From: Phoronis australis
Lineage: Eukaryota > Animalia > Phoronida
Reading direction: 5' to 3'
Assembly: GCA_002633005.1 (NCBI GenBank)
Contig: NMRA01000147.1
Span: forward strand, 496,001 to 560,000
Length of the DNA stretch: 64,000 nucleotides
The notes under the pieces were generated by a model. The model saw nothing but the letters and a program-made list of their open reading frames with translations, made no database searches and was not told the origin of the DNA. Each line of letters begins with the position of its first letter. Position 1 is the first letter of the stretch. Below, piece after piece: positions 37,606-50,000 of the stretch. The translations under genes were made by a program, and so were the position numbers.

Positions 37606-40027
37606 TTAAGCTATAACAAACTATCAATTCAACCAAAGCCCATATGCCACATGTAATCTCAGTAAGGAACTAGTATGAGATCAAGAGTCAAGTCACGAGC
37701 ACACACATGGAGATTGACACTGTACACTGGTATCCAAATTCAACGGCTGGATATGCCAATCTTCACGTGAGCGCTTGTGATTACTAAAACCCTGAAAAGG
37801 GATTATGTTTTGGGACACTTCCAGTCCGCTTTTTTGCAAGTTTGAGATCGTAATTCATGACCACTAAATTCGATCTAAAATTTGAGTGAAAACTCAAGAT
37901 TTCTAGTAAAAACTAGAGCTCAGACTCGAACTATTAACCCTAATGCTGGGATTATTAAGTGCCATAGTTAAGCTCTCGAATATAGAACAAAAGATACTTA
38001 TTTTGAGTTCACACAAAAGTAGAATAGAAAATGACAAAAATAATCTCGAGTAAAAAGATGAGACTCAGGGCCCAGGTGTTACTTTGATAATGGTCTATGC
38101 TTTCACAAGGCAGTGAATGTGCAACTTAAGAGGCAGTCGGGTCTTTAATAAACTAATATTTCCCCCAACACCACTGGTGTAGTCAGAATTATTCGACAGA
38201 CTTTGCCAAACGTGAAATTGTTGGTGACCAATGATTGTAACTGAAATGAGAGGCAACCTGGAGGCACTGCGTGAACAGGGGACAGGGAGAGGTGGGCCGG
38301 GTAAGCATTAAACTGAAATGAATTTCTACCAGGGGAATGGTCTGCAGTGAACAGTGGGTAGCCCTGTTGTGCGCCCCACAGCTATGTTAATGCCCAGCCC
38401 TGATACTTCAGCCTGTCCCCAAACTAAACCATATTTTTAGGCAATACATCAGCAAAATAAAGTTCCCAATGGTAAGAGAAATTTCGTGGCACGGTGTGTT
38501 TTGTAGCCTATGAGTTTAATCTTTTTTGAAACACATTAATGATGTCACGGTTTTTCTAATTTTATGTCAATGTGGTGTTTTCCAGTGCGAATGTTCTGAA
38601 GCATTTCACACTGCCCAACTCTTGCCACGAGGAGGCTCCCTCAATAAGAGTCAGATTGATTGTTTTGAAAACAACTGTTCGTAAAAACCGAAATGTTGAC
38701 TAAAATCACTGCTGTATTATGTAGATCATTGCCACAAGTTGCTCAAAACACTGAGCAAAACATAATGGTAATTGTCACATACAGGGGTCCTGCACCTTGA
38801 GAACCAGTGTTTTCCACTGAATAACAGGAACCTGTTTTTCACTGAACAGCAGGTATTAAAACTGGTTCTCAAAATGCGGATTGCCTGTGAGTGACTATTG
38901 CCTGAATAACAATCCAACCCATCTAACGCACAAGAAACCGTCAATTAAGGTTAAATGACCCAACTTAAAATCTTTGAAGTACGCATAGTCCAGAATTTTG
39001 AAATGTGAGATGTTTTTGCAACTGCAGTCATTTCAACGAACGAGCTTTATAAAGTTCGCTTGCTTACAATGTCTAGTAACTCCAGGATGCTTTGATTACA
39101 GCAAACCTTAATAGTTTCAGAATGTTTGAAAACGGTTTTGGGACGTTGTTTTGCAAATAGACTGAAGTTAACAGATGATTGTTGCAAACTGCAGCACTTG
39201 ACATCATGTGAACGTGGAAAGTAAAAAAAAATGCAACAGTTCACGAGTCAAAGTCCGTGAGAGAGACTTTTTGTATAGATGGCATATGAACAAATGTGCC
39301 TCTCTGACCAGTGACTCGGGCATTGCAAAAGTTGTCGTGAAAGGGTACATTTCCAAATAAATTCCACGCACTGAAAAGATTTACTTTTTGGTTGGAACTG
39401 TATACATTGATCCATTTTTGCACCAAAACCACTTAAGGGTTTCATATACAACTGAGGCTTTTTGCGTAATTATGTTATCGGAAAAGTTGACTCTTCCATA
39501 GAGGCTCTCACCAAAATGGGTCAGTTTTAATGACTGTGTCAACTCACAAAAGGGGGAGGTTTTACCTTGCTGATTATACAAAAGAGTGGGTATAATCCTA
39601 ATCATCAACATACACCCTCCAAAATAACTGAATACTCCGTACGACTATGGTCAAAGGCACCGCTGAATGGCACAGCCAAAAGTGATAATGTCAGTCATTA
39701 TAAAACTATTGCTAGACTTGTAAATGTTTGTGTCAGTGTTTCGGACCATTGACTGTATTTTTATGCGCCTAACCACTGTTAGTAGTACTAGTGACAAGTA
39801 TGCCAGTGTATTATGCAATGACAATAAATAGCAGTATTTCAGCATACTGATCCTTAACTGACCCACGTACTAGTTCAACCTTCACGGTATTTACAGGAGC
39901 TTATATAACGTACATGAACATACGAGAGGGTGTGCTCTGAAAAGATCGAGACAATCTCCCGGTGGCAGCAACGCACTCGGATACTCCTTTCCTGCTATTC
40001 GGTGCTCTACACTATACTAGTATACCT

Positions 40028-41280
40028 ACAAGAGCAACGAGGAACGTTGAAATGCGCCCACGAATGCATCGCAAATGGTGTGCTTTTAGGGTTATTTATT
40101 TGTATCATAAAAATGGCCACTATAGATGGAGCAAAAACGAATAATCCATCCAAAAACGATAACATGCCATATTTCATAAAAATCTGTCAAGGAACTACAG
40201 AGAAACAAAGGAAAACAAGAACAAAATGAAATTGCCACTTGTTGGAACTGCGACAGTTCGATCCGCCTGAAATTCGTCGTCTGTTATCTTCATATACACT
40301 TACAAAGTTTAATAAAGATTTTGGGCGCAAAACAAAACAACACTACCAATAGGAGGCGCCACAGTAGTCAGTCGCCATCATCAAACGTCCTCTTCACACT
40401 GAAAACAGATAAGCCAATTTTCAAAACCATCCCTAGAATGATTTGGTTGATAGAGGGTGGACGCCAAAAACAAGATTTGAAAACAGCAAAAATATTCACT
40501 AGGTGGGGCAAAATACCTCGATTCCATCCCAAAACAGGATTATAGCATCATCTCACCAATGGAGGCCTATATTCAAAATTTTATGAAAATCTGTTGAGGA
40601 TCTTTGAAGATACAGACTGGTAAACTTACAAAGCTAAAATTGCCACTTGGGGGCACACCAGTATTGAGATCCGTCCGAAAGTCGTCGTCGTCCGTTGTCA
40701 ACATCATATAAATACGCTTGCTAAATTACGTAAAGATCCTGCAAACGGTTTAGGATATGCAGCCATGAGCGCAAAAAAAATCAAGACTGCCACTAGGAGG
40801 CTCCACAGTAGTCGAACTCGTCGAAAATCGTCAGCCGTCCACTTCATAGTAAAAACATACATGTCAATTTTCACAATTATCCTCAGTGAAAGCGGTTTGG
40901 TTGATAAACGAGTGGACGCAAAAAACAGACTCGAAAACAGTAAAAATGGCCACTAGGTGGCGCTAGGTCGAATCCATCCGAAAACGGAGAGATAACGTCA
41001 CCTCATTAACCGATGCCTGTATGCCAAATTTCATGAAAATACGTTGAGGACCTTTGAACATACAAAGGTAAACCTAAAAAAATAAAATTGCCACCAGGTG
41101 GCACAATGATAGTCGGATCCATCCGAACGTTCTCTCATGCCGTACCATCTACGGAAGGAACACTTCATGTGCAAAATTTCATCAACATACGTCAAGGCGT
41201 TTTGGAGATAGAGCAGCGGATGCCGGACGCCGGACGGACGGACGGACGGAGATGACGGCATATATGTGGGCGCATAAAAA
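40028..41280. mobile_element. Non-autonomous Helentron-associated (HINE/DINE-1-like) element with ~150-bp internal tandem units
   Basis: Starts ACAAGAG; internal units recur (AAATTGCCAC at ~40229, ~40637, ~41085); (GGAC)n tract at 41224-41250; ends GCATAAAAA. The family is inferred from architecture. Confidence 0.6.
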
Positions 41281-41614
41281 TGACTGTTGTTGTGGGTTGC
41301 CTGTTGGCAACTCTCAAAAATCATAACACTTCTGAATCAAGCACAATATACAACATAATTGTCATTAAATGTTTGATATACGTTACTGGTGATGCATTCC
41401 TTGACTCATTACGCTTGAAATGCGGGAGTTTGATGAAAACAGAGAGATTTAAACAGCAATAACTCCATTGACATTCCTTCACTGGAAGTCTCCATGTTAG
41501 TGAACTAGTTTGACGTATTATACAACTGACCAATAGAATGCCTTGATTCTTGAACAGCCAATGATATTCCAAGAATGCATATGGAAAGTAGCAGACGCCA
41601 ACCATGCAATCTAG

Positions 41615-42268
41615 GCAAAAGGTACCCGCTCATCCAAAACCTTTACGGCAAACAGATGGCGCTTCTCATCAATCACGTGTCATTTTATCGCTCAAATAAG
41701 ACTGTCTGCCAGGCAAAAGGTACCCGCTCATCCAAAACCTTTACGGCAAACAGATGGCGCTGGATGCAATGATGCTAAATTTACTAACAGGCAGCGCTGC
41801 TTACAGTCATGTGACATTCTTGTGTGAACTGAATCTTGACCCAGCACCTTGACCTACATTCTACAGCTGCTGACGTCACATCGTCGTTGTGACAACGTGA
41901 CATGATGAGCTCAGTGCTTCACTCTTTGTTTATACTGTCAGCTGTTATTAATCATGGCCACCAACATGTTCATAGTGCATGGTTCAGTTCGTTAAATAGA
42001 TACTATATAAATTGAAACCACTCTCTTTTGCCTTAGTGTTGATAGAACATAACAAAGAGTGAAGCACTGAGCTCATCATGTCACGTTGTCACAACGACGA
42101 TGTCACGTCAGCAGCTGTAGAATGTAGGTCAAGGTGCTGGGTCAAGATTCAGTTCACACAAGAATGCCACATGACTGTAAGCAGCGCTGCCTGTTAGTAA
42201 ATTTAGCATCATTGCATCCAGCGCCATCTGTTTGCCGTAAAGGTTTTGGATGAGCGGGTACCTTTTGC
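41615..42268. mobile_element. Mutator-like foldback element with 9-bp TSD
   Basis: TSD GCAATCTAG at 41606-41614 and 42269-42277; 218-bp inverted arms 41713-41930 and 42051-42268 with 2 mismatches; an extra copy of the terminal ~50 bp at 41615. Confidence 0.88.
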
Positions 42269-44806
42269 GCAATCTAGAGGGTCTGTGGAGGAGACTACGT
42301 CCAACAGGTGACGTGCGTACAAAGACCTAAAATGAAGACATCAACGTTTTAGACATGCTCTCAAACCGCTGAGAACTCGGTATAGATGAATTCCAAACAA
42401 CCCAACAACACCCTGTTCGAGATGGAAATCGGGCATTCGGCAACGTACTGTTGGTAGACACTGGTAAGTTTTAATGTACTTGTAGTAGGTATTAATTATA
42501 TTTTTAAACTATTTTAAGTACTGATGCATTTTTATGTGCTAAGCGGTACCCAAAGTCAAAACTGGATTTGTTTCTCCCAAAAATATTTCTTATCCTTCTA
42601 AGAGTTATTTCTGTTGTCTCAAATAAGTTTTTGGGCAGTTATCTTTCAGAACGAAACCAATATTATCTTTTCCTGTAAGTTCTAAGTCCTGTTTGAGTGG
42701 CTTAATTAGCCCTCAATTTTTATTTCACTTTAAAACAATAAGTGGGACTGAAATGCAACGATAATGTAAAACAATCAAAGCTTAAGTATTAAGTTTAAAG
42801 CCTACCTTCAACGGAATTTTGTTATTGGGCTAAACAGATAGTCCTAGCAAAGCCTTGGTAAAATAAGAAAATGAGAGTTCAATCACGCAAATGTAAGCCC
42901 GTCAAATGATAGGTGAAGCTGCCATTTCGTGCCGAGTTGCGTCACCGTGAGATCCCAGCACAAACAACAAAAGTCAGATAACAGTTCAAGGTAACTAAAC
43001 TACACGGTTAATGGAATCATAAACACGACTCACGGACCTGAAAACACCGTCCACTGACTCACAAACACGGGAACAGACTCACAAAACACGATCCACGTAC
43101 CCAAATACACTGGACACGGACTCATATTCCCGAGGAAACACGGTTAACGAAATATAACACCATTGCGTGCGGGTGTTATTCGCAGATATTTGAATTAAAA
43201 GGTGATTCTCGCGGTGACGTAGACAAAAGCAAGCCAATACGCCTAACAGTTTGTTTCATTTGGCAATTTATGGCACTAGTTGGCTGAGAGCGATGCTCTT
43301 AACATACTGTAGGAACCAAATTTACAGGTGTTACCATTGAAGATAGTCTTTAATGTTTTTGTACATGTGTGACTTGAGCGCCGTCTATTTGTTGAGCCGT
43401 GAGTTGATGGACCAGAACATCGTTGTAAGGAGTGCCTATTTCTTTAATTACCATTCTAAGTATTAGGAACGCTTCAGTTGACGAAACATGTTTTATATTT
43501 TATTAGATAGTGCAGTCAATTTTAGACCCCTAAATCAATATGCAGTTTAGAAAGTTCTTGGGGTGACATGGCTATAAAAACCGGATATGCACGCAGAATG
43601 CAAAATTCTGTCGGAGCTTCCGTTTATCTAGAAAATAATCTCAAATATAACAGCAACACCAGCTGTTTAAATCTTTTACTATTTTTGACTTTGTTTAAAT
43701 TTTACATTGTCTTTGGGAACTTTTCTCAGAGATGGCGATTTCTAAACAGCTGGGATGTGCTCCGGGTTTATTACGCTTTGTCTTGCGTAGTTCGGTAACA
43801 GCTCATCTTTTTCACAAGTTTTGCTGAAAGCACGTGATATATAGGCTCTGTCTAGCTTCAGATCCAGTCTTCCGCAATTTCTCATTCATTGATGCATGTG
43901 CTTGCATTTCTTTTATTTTGCTCGACTCCGTTGCACAACGCTAAATATATTTTCACGAAATATTAGATTCTCAACGCTCTTGTTCCACACATAGGTTAAT
44001 ATATAGTTAGCTAAGATGGTTTAAATGGGTGTTACTTAAAAGTTTGCAGTACATAATATTGTGCAAATGTCAACGTCACGTTACAATGTAAACAAAACAA
44101 CATGAGCGTCTGAGGTAACTAAACTACTGAGTGGACTTATATTCAGTCGAATAGAGTGGAAATGTACCACGGCAAAGTTTCATCAATTTACGAAACATAT
44201 GGCGGAACATAAAAAATGCCATGTCAAAAATTTCAACAAAAAATAAATGTCAATGAATTCTTATTTCATTATTTCCACACATTAAGTAGAAAGTTAACCT
44301 GAAACTAATTAAGGCGATCCAGATCCTCTCATGGGTACTATTGTTTGATGAAATGTAGAGCATATATAAGAAAATAAAACAACAATAATGGATCAACTGA
44401 AATTTCGGATATAATAACAACCTCCGTCCACAGAATCAGAAGTAAAGACACACATTGTATTGTACAGCTGTCATCAACTAACACATAACGAAATTGTAAG
44501 CAATTTGAACAATGCAGTGAGCTTTTGAAATCTGGAAATTACCATTTCTAATGTTATTTTGTTTGAATTTGAGAAAACTTCACCGTGCTCTATGTTACCG
44601 ACCTTTGTTTCTAATGGCACATGTTTGTGGCGTTGCGTGAAACACTTCGGTGTAAAATTTTACAGAGGGGTTGTGCTAAATTTCTCGGCAACGAGTTTTA
44701 GAGAGACGATGTGTCATGTTGGGAATTGTTGCGCTTTATAATAAGGGGTGTGGATTCCTGAGATGCTGTGGCGAGTATTTTGGGTGTTGCAGAGATTATA
44801 GAGGTT

Positions 44807-44931
44807 CAGGGGCGGATCCAGGATTTTTTAAAAGGGGGTCCAAGTTAAAAATTATAGATTTGAGGTCAATAAAATCAAAGGAAAAAGGGGATCCGGCGGA
44901 CACCCTTGACCCCTCCAGGAATCGGCTATTG
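44807..44931. mobile_element. Short CAGGGGCGGATCC-type MITE
   Basis: CAGGGGCGGATCC ... GGAATCGGCTATTG (degenerate TIR), with GGTT on both flanks. Confidence 0.55.
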
Positions 44932-45434
44932 GGTTGCTATGAAGTTCACGGTTGTCGAGTTCGTGGAGACTGTTGTTGTAGCACCTGTACGTGCACGCTT
45001 CCGGCCATAAGTTATTTACTTGCCGATTTACCCCCGAGATCTTGTTGGCTTACAGACTTAATGATGTGTCTATGCAAACACTTCAGCAGTAAGGAACTTC
45101 AAAAGTTTCAAATGCCTTTTCTGATAAGAATAACACCAGGTCTTACTTTCTTGTAAGGGACCTGTGCTCATTCTCATAGATATGAAAGTATGTTCTAATT
45201 CAATCCGGCGCTGCTGAATGTTCAAAGGTGCACGATCACTTTATATCGGGCACGTTTTCGGTTGTCCAATGGTGCCGGTTGTTTTTGCTAGTATGTTTTA
45301 TCTTGCACAGACCTTTACTATAGCGAGCGGAAATAAAAAGGGTACAACAACAAGTTTTACTGCAAAGCAGCATTTCACCCTGTGTAACTGTCTAATGCGA
45401 ATATTGAATTGCAACTTTGACTCTTCTAGTACTG

Positions 45435-45662
45435 GGGCCTGTTCAAAGAAACTGACTTCAGTTCATTTTTGACTTAAGTCTAAGATTTGTCTCAACTTCC
45501 ATACTTTGAAACTTCCACATCCGGTAAAACTTTTATCAAAAACTTAATTCAAACTTAAGACCTCTTTCTTGAAACGGTCTCGCGACAAATTTAAGTTTTA
45601 TCTTAAAAATTACTAAAATTTAAGATTTGTCTTAAATAAGTCAGTTTTGTTGGAACGGGCCC
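45435..45662. mobile_element. PIF/Harbinger-type MITE, copy 2
   Basis: GGGCCTGTTC ... GGAACGGGCCC with a CTG TSD; reverse-complement homologue of 503-761. Confidence 0.75.
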
Positions 45663-47350
45663 CTGGTCTCATAATATTCCTTACCATGTGTGGGTCACAT
45701 TTCTTTAACCAAATCGCACGCAATTCATATAATACACCATTTTTGAATTCACGGTCTTAGGGTTGGCCAACACCATTGAACTTGGAAGCGATCTCTTGAG
45801 TCTCTGGTGGTTTTGATGTTCTTATTGGTGATGGAAATAGAATTTCCCATCACAGTGCAGAATATTATGAAACCGATTTTGCGAGAGTAAAAACCAAATT
45901 CGATTTTCGTGCTCAGCCAGCTAAACAGGGCAGCTTTAACATCTACTAAAGCAGCTGTTATGTGTACTAATTATTAATAATGTCGTGACTTAGAAATATC
46001 TAAATAACTAGCAGCTAAATAACTAATACTGGAATAAATAAAAGGAAATGGGCACCGAAATAAAGTTACACAAAGCTAATTCAAAGTCTGAATGATCTCC
46101 ACGTATTTAAAAGCTGTTATTTTTGAAGATTATATAGTCTTATCTTGTAATAAAATAGTTTGCGCATTACAAGAAAAAACATCTATCAGCTGGCAGGCTG
46201 ACGCACTTGACATTACAGTGTATTTCTAACTGGAAGCTTTATAGACAAAGACTGCAATGTTTCGCATTTTTGTTTAAGTCAGCTTATATGCATCCCCCAG
46301 TGAATATTTCTGAATTCAAGAAGTTTTTATATTTTGGCAGACTATACAACTGTTCCAGTATGTCGCACAAGAGTCCCAGCCACAATTTGCGAGAGAAAAG
46401 TGTTTGGACACTCTCTAAAAATAATTTGCCGGGAGTGTTTTTTGACCGTTGCCGGATCTGGAGGCGGTTCCTGTACCCCCTAAAATAGTGTAAGAGTGTA
46501 TTGGTCCTAGATTCTCAAGATCAACAAAAAAGCGAAGTTGCCACTGAAATCAACTTTACAGAACCAAAAGTCTTTTTCTGCTTACAACAGCGTCCAATAT
46601 TCTATAACACGATCGAGTTTACAGAAGCCTTCCAAGAAGATTATTCAGGCTGCAACATAATTATCCTGCATTTTCTTATATAAAATTAATAAATAAATTT
46701 CATATTATTAATTCAAGTAGTTCAATTACTCCACAATCATAATCATATTACTATAGCAGGTCTATCTTCTAGTAATGCTATCTGTGAAGTAGTACCGGCA
46801 ATGACATAACCATTAATTTTGTTTCGTTAACTAAGCAACGGTACGTATTAAAATACCAAATGTTATCTCGACAACTTTCTTATGATTTTATTTTGTCACG
46901 TGCCATTCCTGCTCCCCCTTATCCTGACAGCCAGTATTGTACTCAGCCTCCAAAATCAATCAGATGGCTTTCAGTACAATTATTTCCAACGTTGAGTGCA
47001 ATTCATCCCCGACATCTTAGTCTCCCCTTTCCCAAAACGTTGTTCTTCATCCAATTTAGAATTTTCCATTTTTTCAATTATAAATAAAATTTGCGTAGAT
47101 TTTTTTTCTGCAGATGTTTTGCCATCCACCGATACTCATTTAAACTGGATTGATAACAAAAAACGCCAACAGGGCTTTAGCGCATAAGATGTTCCTATTT
47201 AAGGATATGTATGGAAGCATGATACAAATTTTACACCTTAAACTGGTGAAAACTAAAAAAAAAAAACGAGAACGGAGGGAGGTGAATACTTTTAAAAGTA
47301 AATTAAATATGGAAAGTGCATCGGAATATTCACGGGAACGACAATTAGGC

Positions 47351-48339
47351 CTATGTATTAGAACCATTCTGTCGGTGTAGTGTACAGTCTCGTGCATTTA
47401 TGACTATTGGTCGCGGAATGGTAAACTCTCCCTGTTCAGATGGGCGCGCCATCATCGCCTGGTATGCCGTTATGCTTGTCGAGCTGATTGTGCCTATGGA
47501 AGATCGCCGCGGACCACTTCCGAATGATCCATACGTGTTCGGGTGTTCGCTCTCCTCTTTTAGGAGTTGATATTTCCTAGTCTGATACACGATTAGAGGA
47601 ATCACGATCATGAGAAAAATAGCCAATACTCCCATCGATATAGCTATGACGACAATGCTCCACGGCTTAAGCACTCCGGCTGGTGTTTGCGCTGTTGGAG
47701 GACCAACATATTGTTTACAATTAGTACTATTGTAGTCGGAGTCGCATTCGCAGACTATCGGTCCATCGAATCGTACGCGACAGGTTCCGTGACCACTGCA
47801 CGAGTGGTTGAGGCAAGGCTCTGAGCAATACCTGCCCCCAATTAAGTTCTGGTAAGAGTTGGCTACGTCCACGTACCCCTCGTTGCACGTGCATGTAAAG
47901 CCACCCTCCGAATTATTACAACTGCTGTAAGCTGAACACACCTTCATCTCCGTGCATTCGTCAATGTCCCGGATGAAAACGGATGAGACGGTCAAACTTT
48001 GTTTAAGTAGCGCTGAAGCGCTGAGTAGGTTGCGTGCATCGGTAAGATTTACCGCTCCACTGGAAAATTCTAAGCGGAGGTAAGTTTTCCAGTCGATATT
48101 CACCAGTTTCACAATAACGCAGTTCTGATAAACCACTCCTTTTAATGTAGTCTTTGTCGTATCCGATGTCAAGATGTTTTTCAGTCGGTTACATATTGTC
48201 ATTGAAGAGTTTTTGTAGCTCTCCGACGTGGCTTTGTACATTTCTGGATCGTTGATATCGAATGTGCTATTGTCAATGCTTGTAATTCTTAACGTGACCA
48301 TCAGGTGAGCCGTAATTATATTCTCGTCCAAGGCGGGTG
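47351..48339 (-). CDS. Type I membrane protein with SEA-like domain, calcium-binding EGF, EGF and TM (membrane mucin/MUC13-like architecture), main exon
   Basis: Phase-1 acceptor TTTTTGCAG at 48340; SEA-like VTLRITS..Y..ICNRLKNIL..CVIVKL; cbEGF DIDEC..CNNSEGGFTCTCNEGY; EGF PCLNHSCSGHGTC..CECDSDY..C; TM WSIVVIAISMGVLAIFLMIVIPLIVY. Confidence 0.9.
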
Positions 48340-48627
48340 CTGCAAAAATGAAAACGAGGTCACACTTCAGAAATTTGACGGTGAGAAAACACAATAGTAA
48401 CGATAACATATAACAGAGATAGTAAAAATTACTTACTTGACAAAGTAATTTATGCAAGTGGATGAATTTATGTAGATGCAGATAGAGGATGGTAAGAATG
48501 AAAGGTTAGAAAACTGTTTGATCTAATTCGACAGTCCCTGCCTTGCTCTGTCCCTCCGGTCACATGGGGGCGTTGCGAACTGAAGGAAGTATAAACGACA
48601 GATGGCTCATTTTTCACTTTAAGGTGT

Positions 48628-48913
48628 TGGCTAAAAACGAAAATTGAATTAGGCCTTTTAGTCTCATGAAATTATTGTCATAGTATTACTTACCGTGACA
48701 GGATTTTATTTCCGTTACAGACAAGAACATCAAACCACTAGCGATTCGAGAAAACGCTCCAGAACGGTTGGGCAACCCTAATTCGAAAATAGCGCATGTA
48801 CGCATTGTCCGTGGTTTGAGTTGTTATTGAAAATGGAATCACATGACAGTAAAAATACTATGAGGCCGATTTTTGAGATTAAAAGGCCCAATTCAATTTT
48901 CATTTTTTAGCCA
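48628..48913. mobile_element. Degenerate MITE (inverted repeat) in the intron
   Basis: TGGCTAAAAACGAAAATTGAATTAGGCCTTTTAGTCTCA pairs with TGAGATTAAAAGGCCCAATTCAATTTTCATTTTTTAGCCA. Confidence 0.6.
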
Positions 48914-49936
48914 GCTAAACGGGGTGAAATGCAACTTCAACGGTGGAATTTTCCACATTTTTGTTGTAAACACGCCATGAGATTCTATTTTGCCATACTC
49001 GTGTTCAGTACTGACTTTTAATGAAGTTTTGAAATTCATTTCCAAGTTATTTATTCTTAATAGCTAGTTGCGTGGGAATTTTAAAAGTCCGAAAATATAA
49101 AATCAATACCTTTTGGCAACGAACATCTATAATTTTTAGGTAGACATTTACTAATTAAAACATTTGTGAATTTTATCATGTCACTTGTACACACATCTTA
49201 TTTTTATTATGTTATTTTTAGATAACATCAAAGACTAAAAAATATCGAGTTCGCCGTTTCTGACAGAAAATGAGTCACACATTTTGGTCAAAGTTTTTAT
49301 ACCAACACAATAAATCTATTGTCTATTACTCGGCTAATTGAATAAGGTTGGGTGCGCCCTAAGACTTAAACTGCTCTGATTACTGAACCGCGCCCGTCAC
49401 GTACACGTACGGCTTAACAACCATGTTTTGCTCCATTGAATAAGTAATAAATGTAAGGACTATCCACTTACCAAAACACATACGAAAAACGAGACAACGT
49501 ACAAAGTTATAGCAAAAGCTTAAATCAATTTCAACGACCTGTTTCTAAAGTTCTCATTCTCCTATATGTAGACTTCTCGTAGTCACGCATTGCGTACACC
49601 TAGGTACGATAAAAATTCTACAAATTTCGTTTTTTCTCAGTCGCGACATTTCTCCTAATTGTTCATAGAACCGTTTAACTTGTAAAAGACTAAGACATAC
49701 ATCTGTACCCGTGTGAGCACGGATAGAGGGGTGTTACGTTAGGTTAAGAATGCTTTATACATCTTAAAATTGTTGACAATGTCATTGTCATAAGTTATGA
49801 ACTGAAAGTATCATAATGATGACAGCCAGTGTCATTACATTATTTCCTACAAGCAGAATAAATTCAATAATTATCTTACCTTTAATTACTAATTGCTAAT
49901 TTGTAAAACGTTTTAACAATATTTAAAAATACTTAC

Positions 49937-50000
49937 CTTGGGCTAATGTGCTTGGCAACCAAAAAATGGACAACACCCAACATAGATGTAAACAGTTCAT
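49937..50000 (-). CDS. Signal-peptide exon of the SEA-EGF membrane protein (MNCLHLCWVLSIFWLPSTLAQ)
   Basis: ATG at 50000, hydrophobic core with TLA-Q cleavage site, phase-1 donor G|GTAAGT matching the acceptor at 48340; joined protein is 350 aa. Confidence 0.8.
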
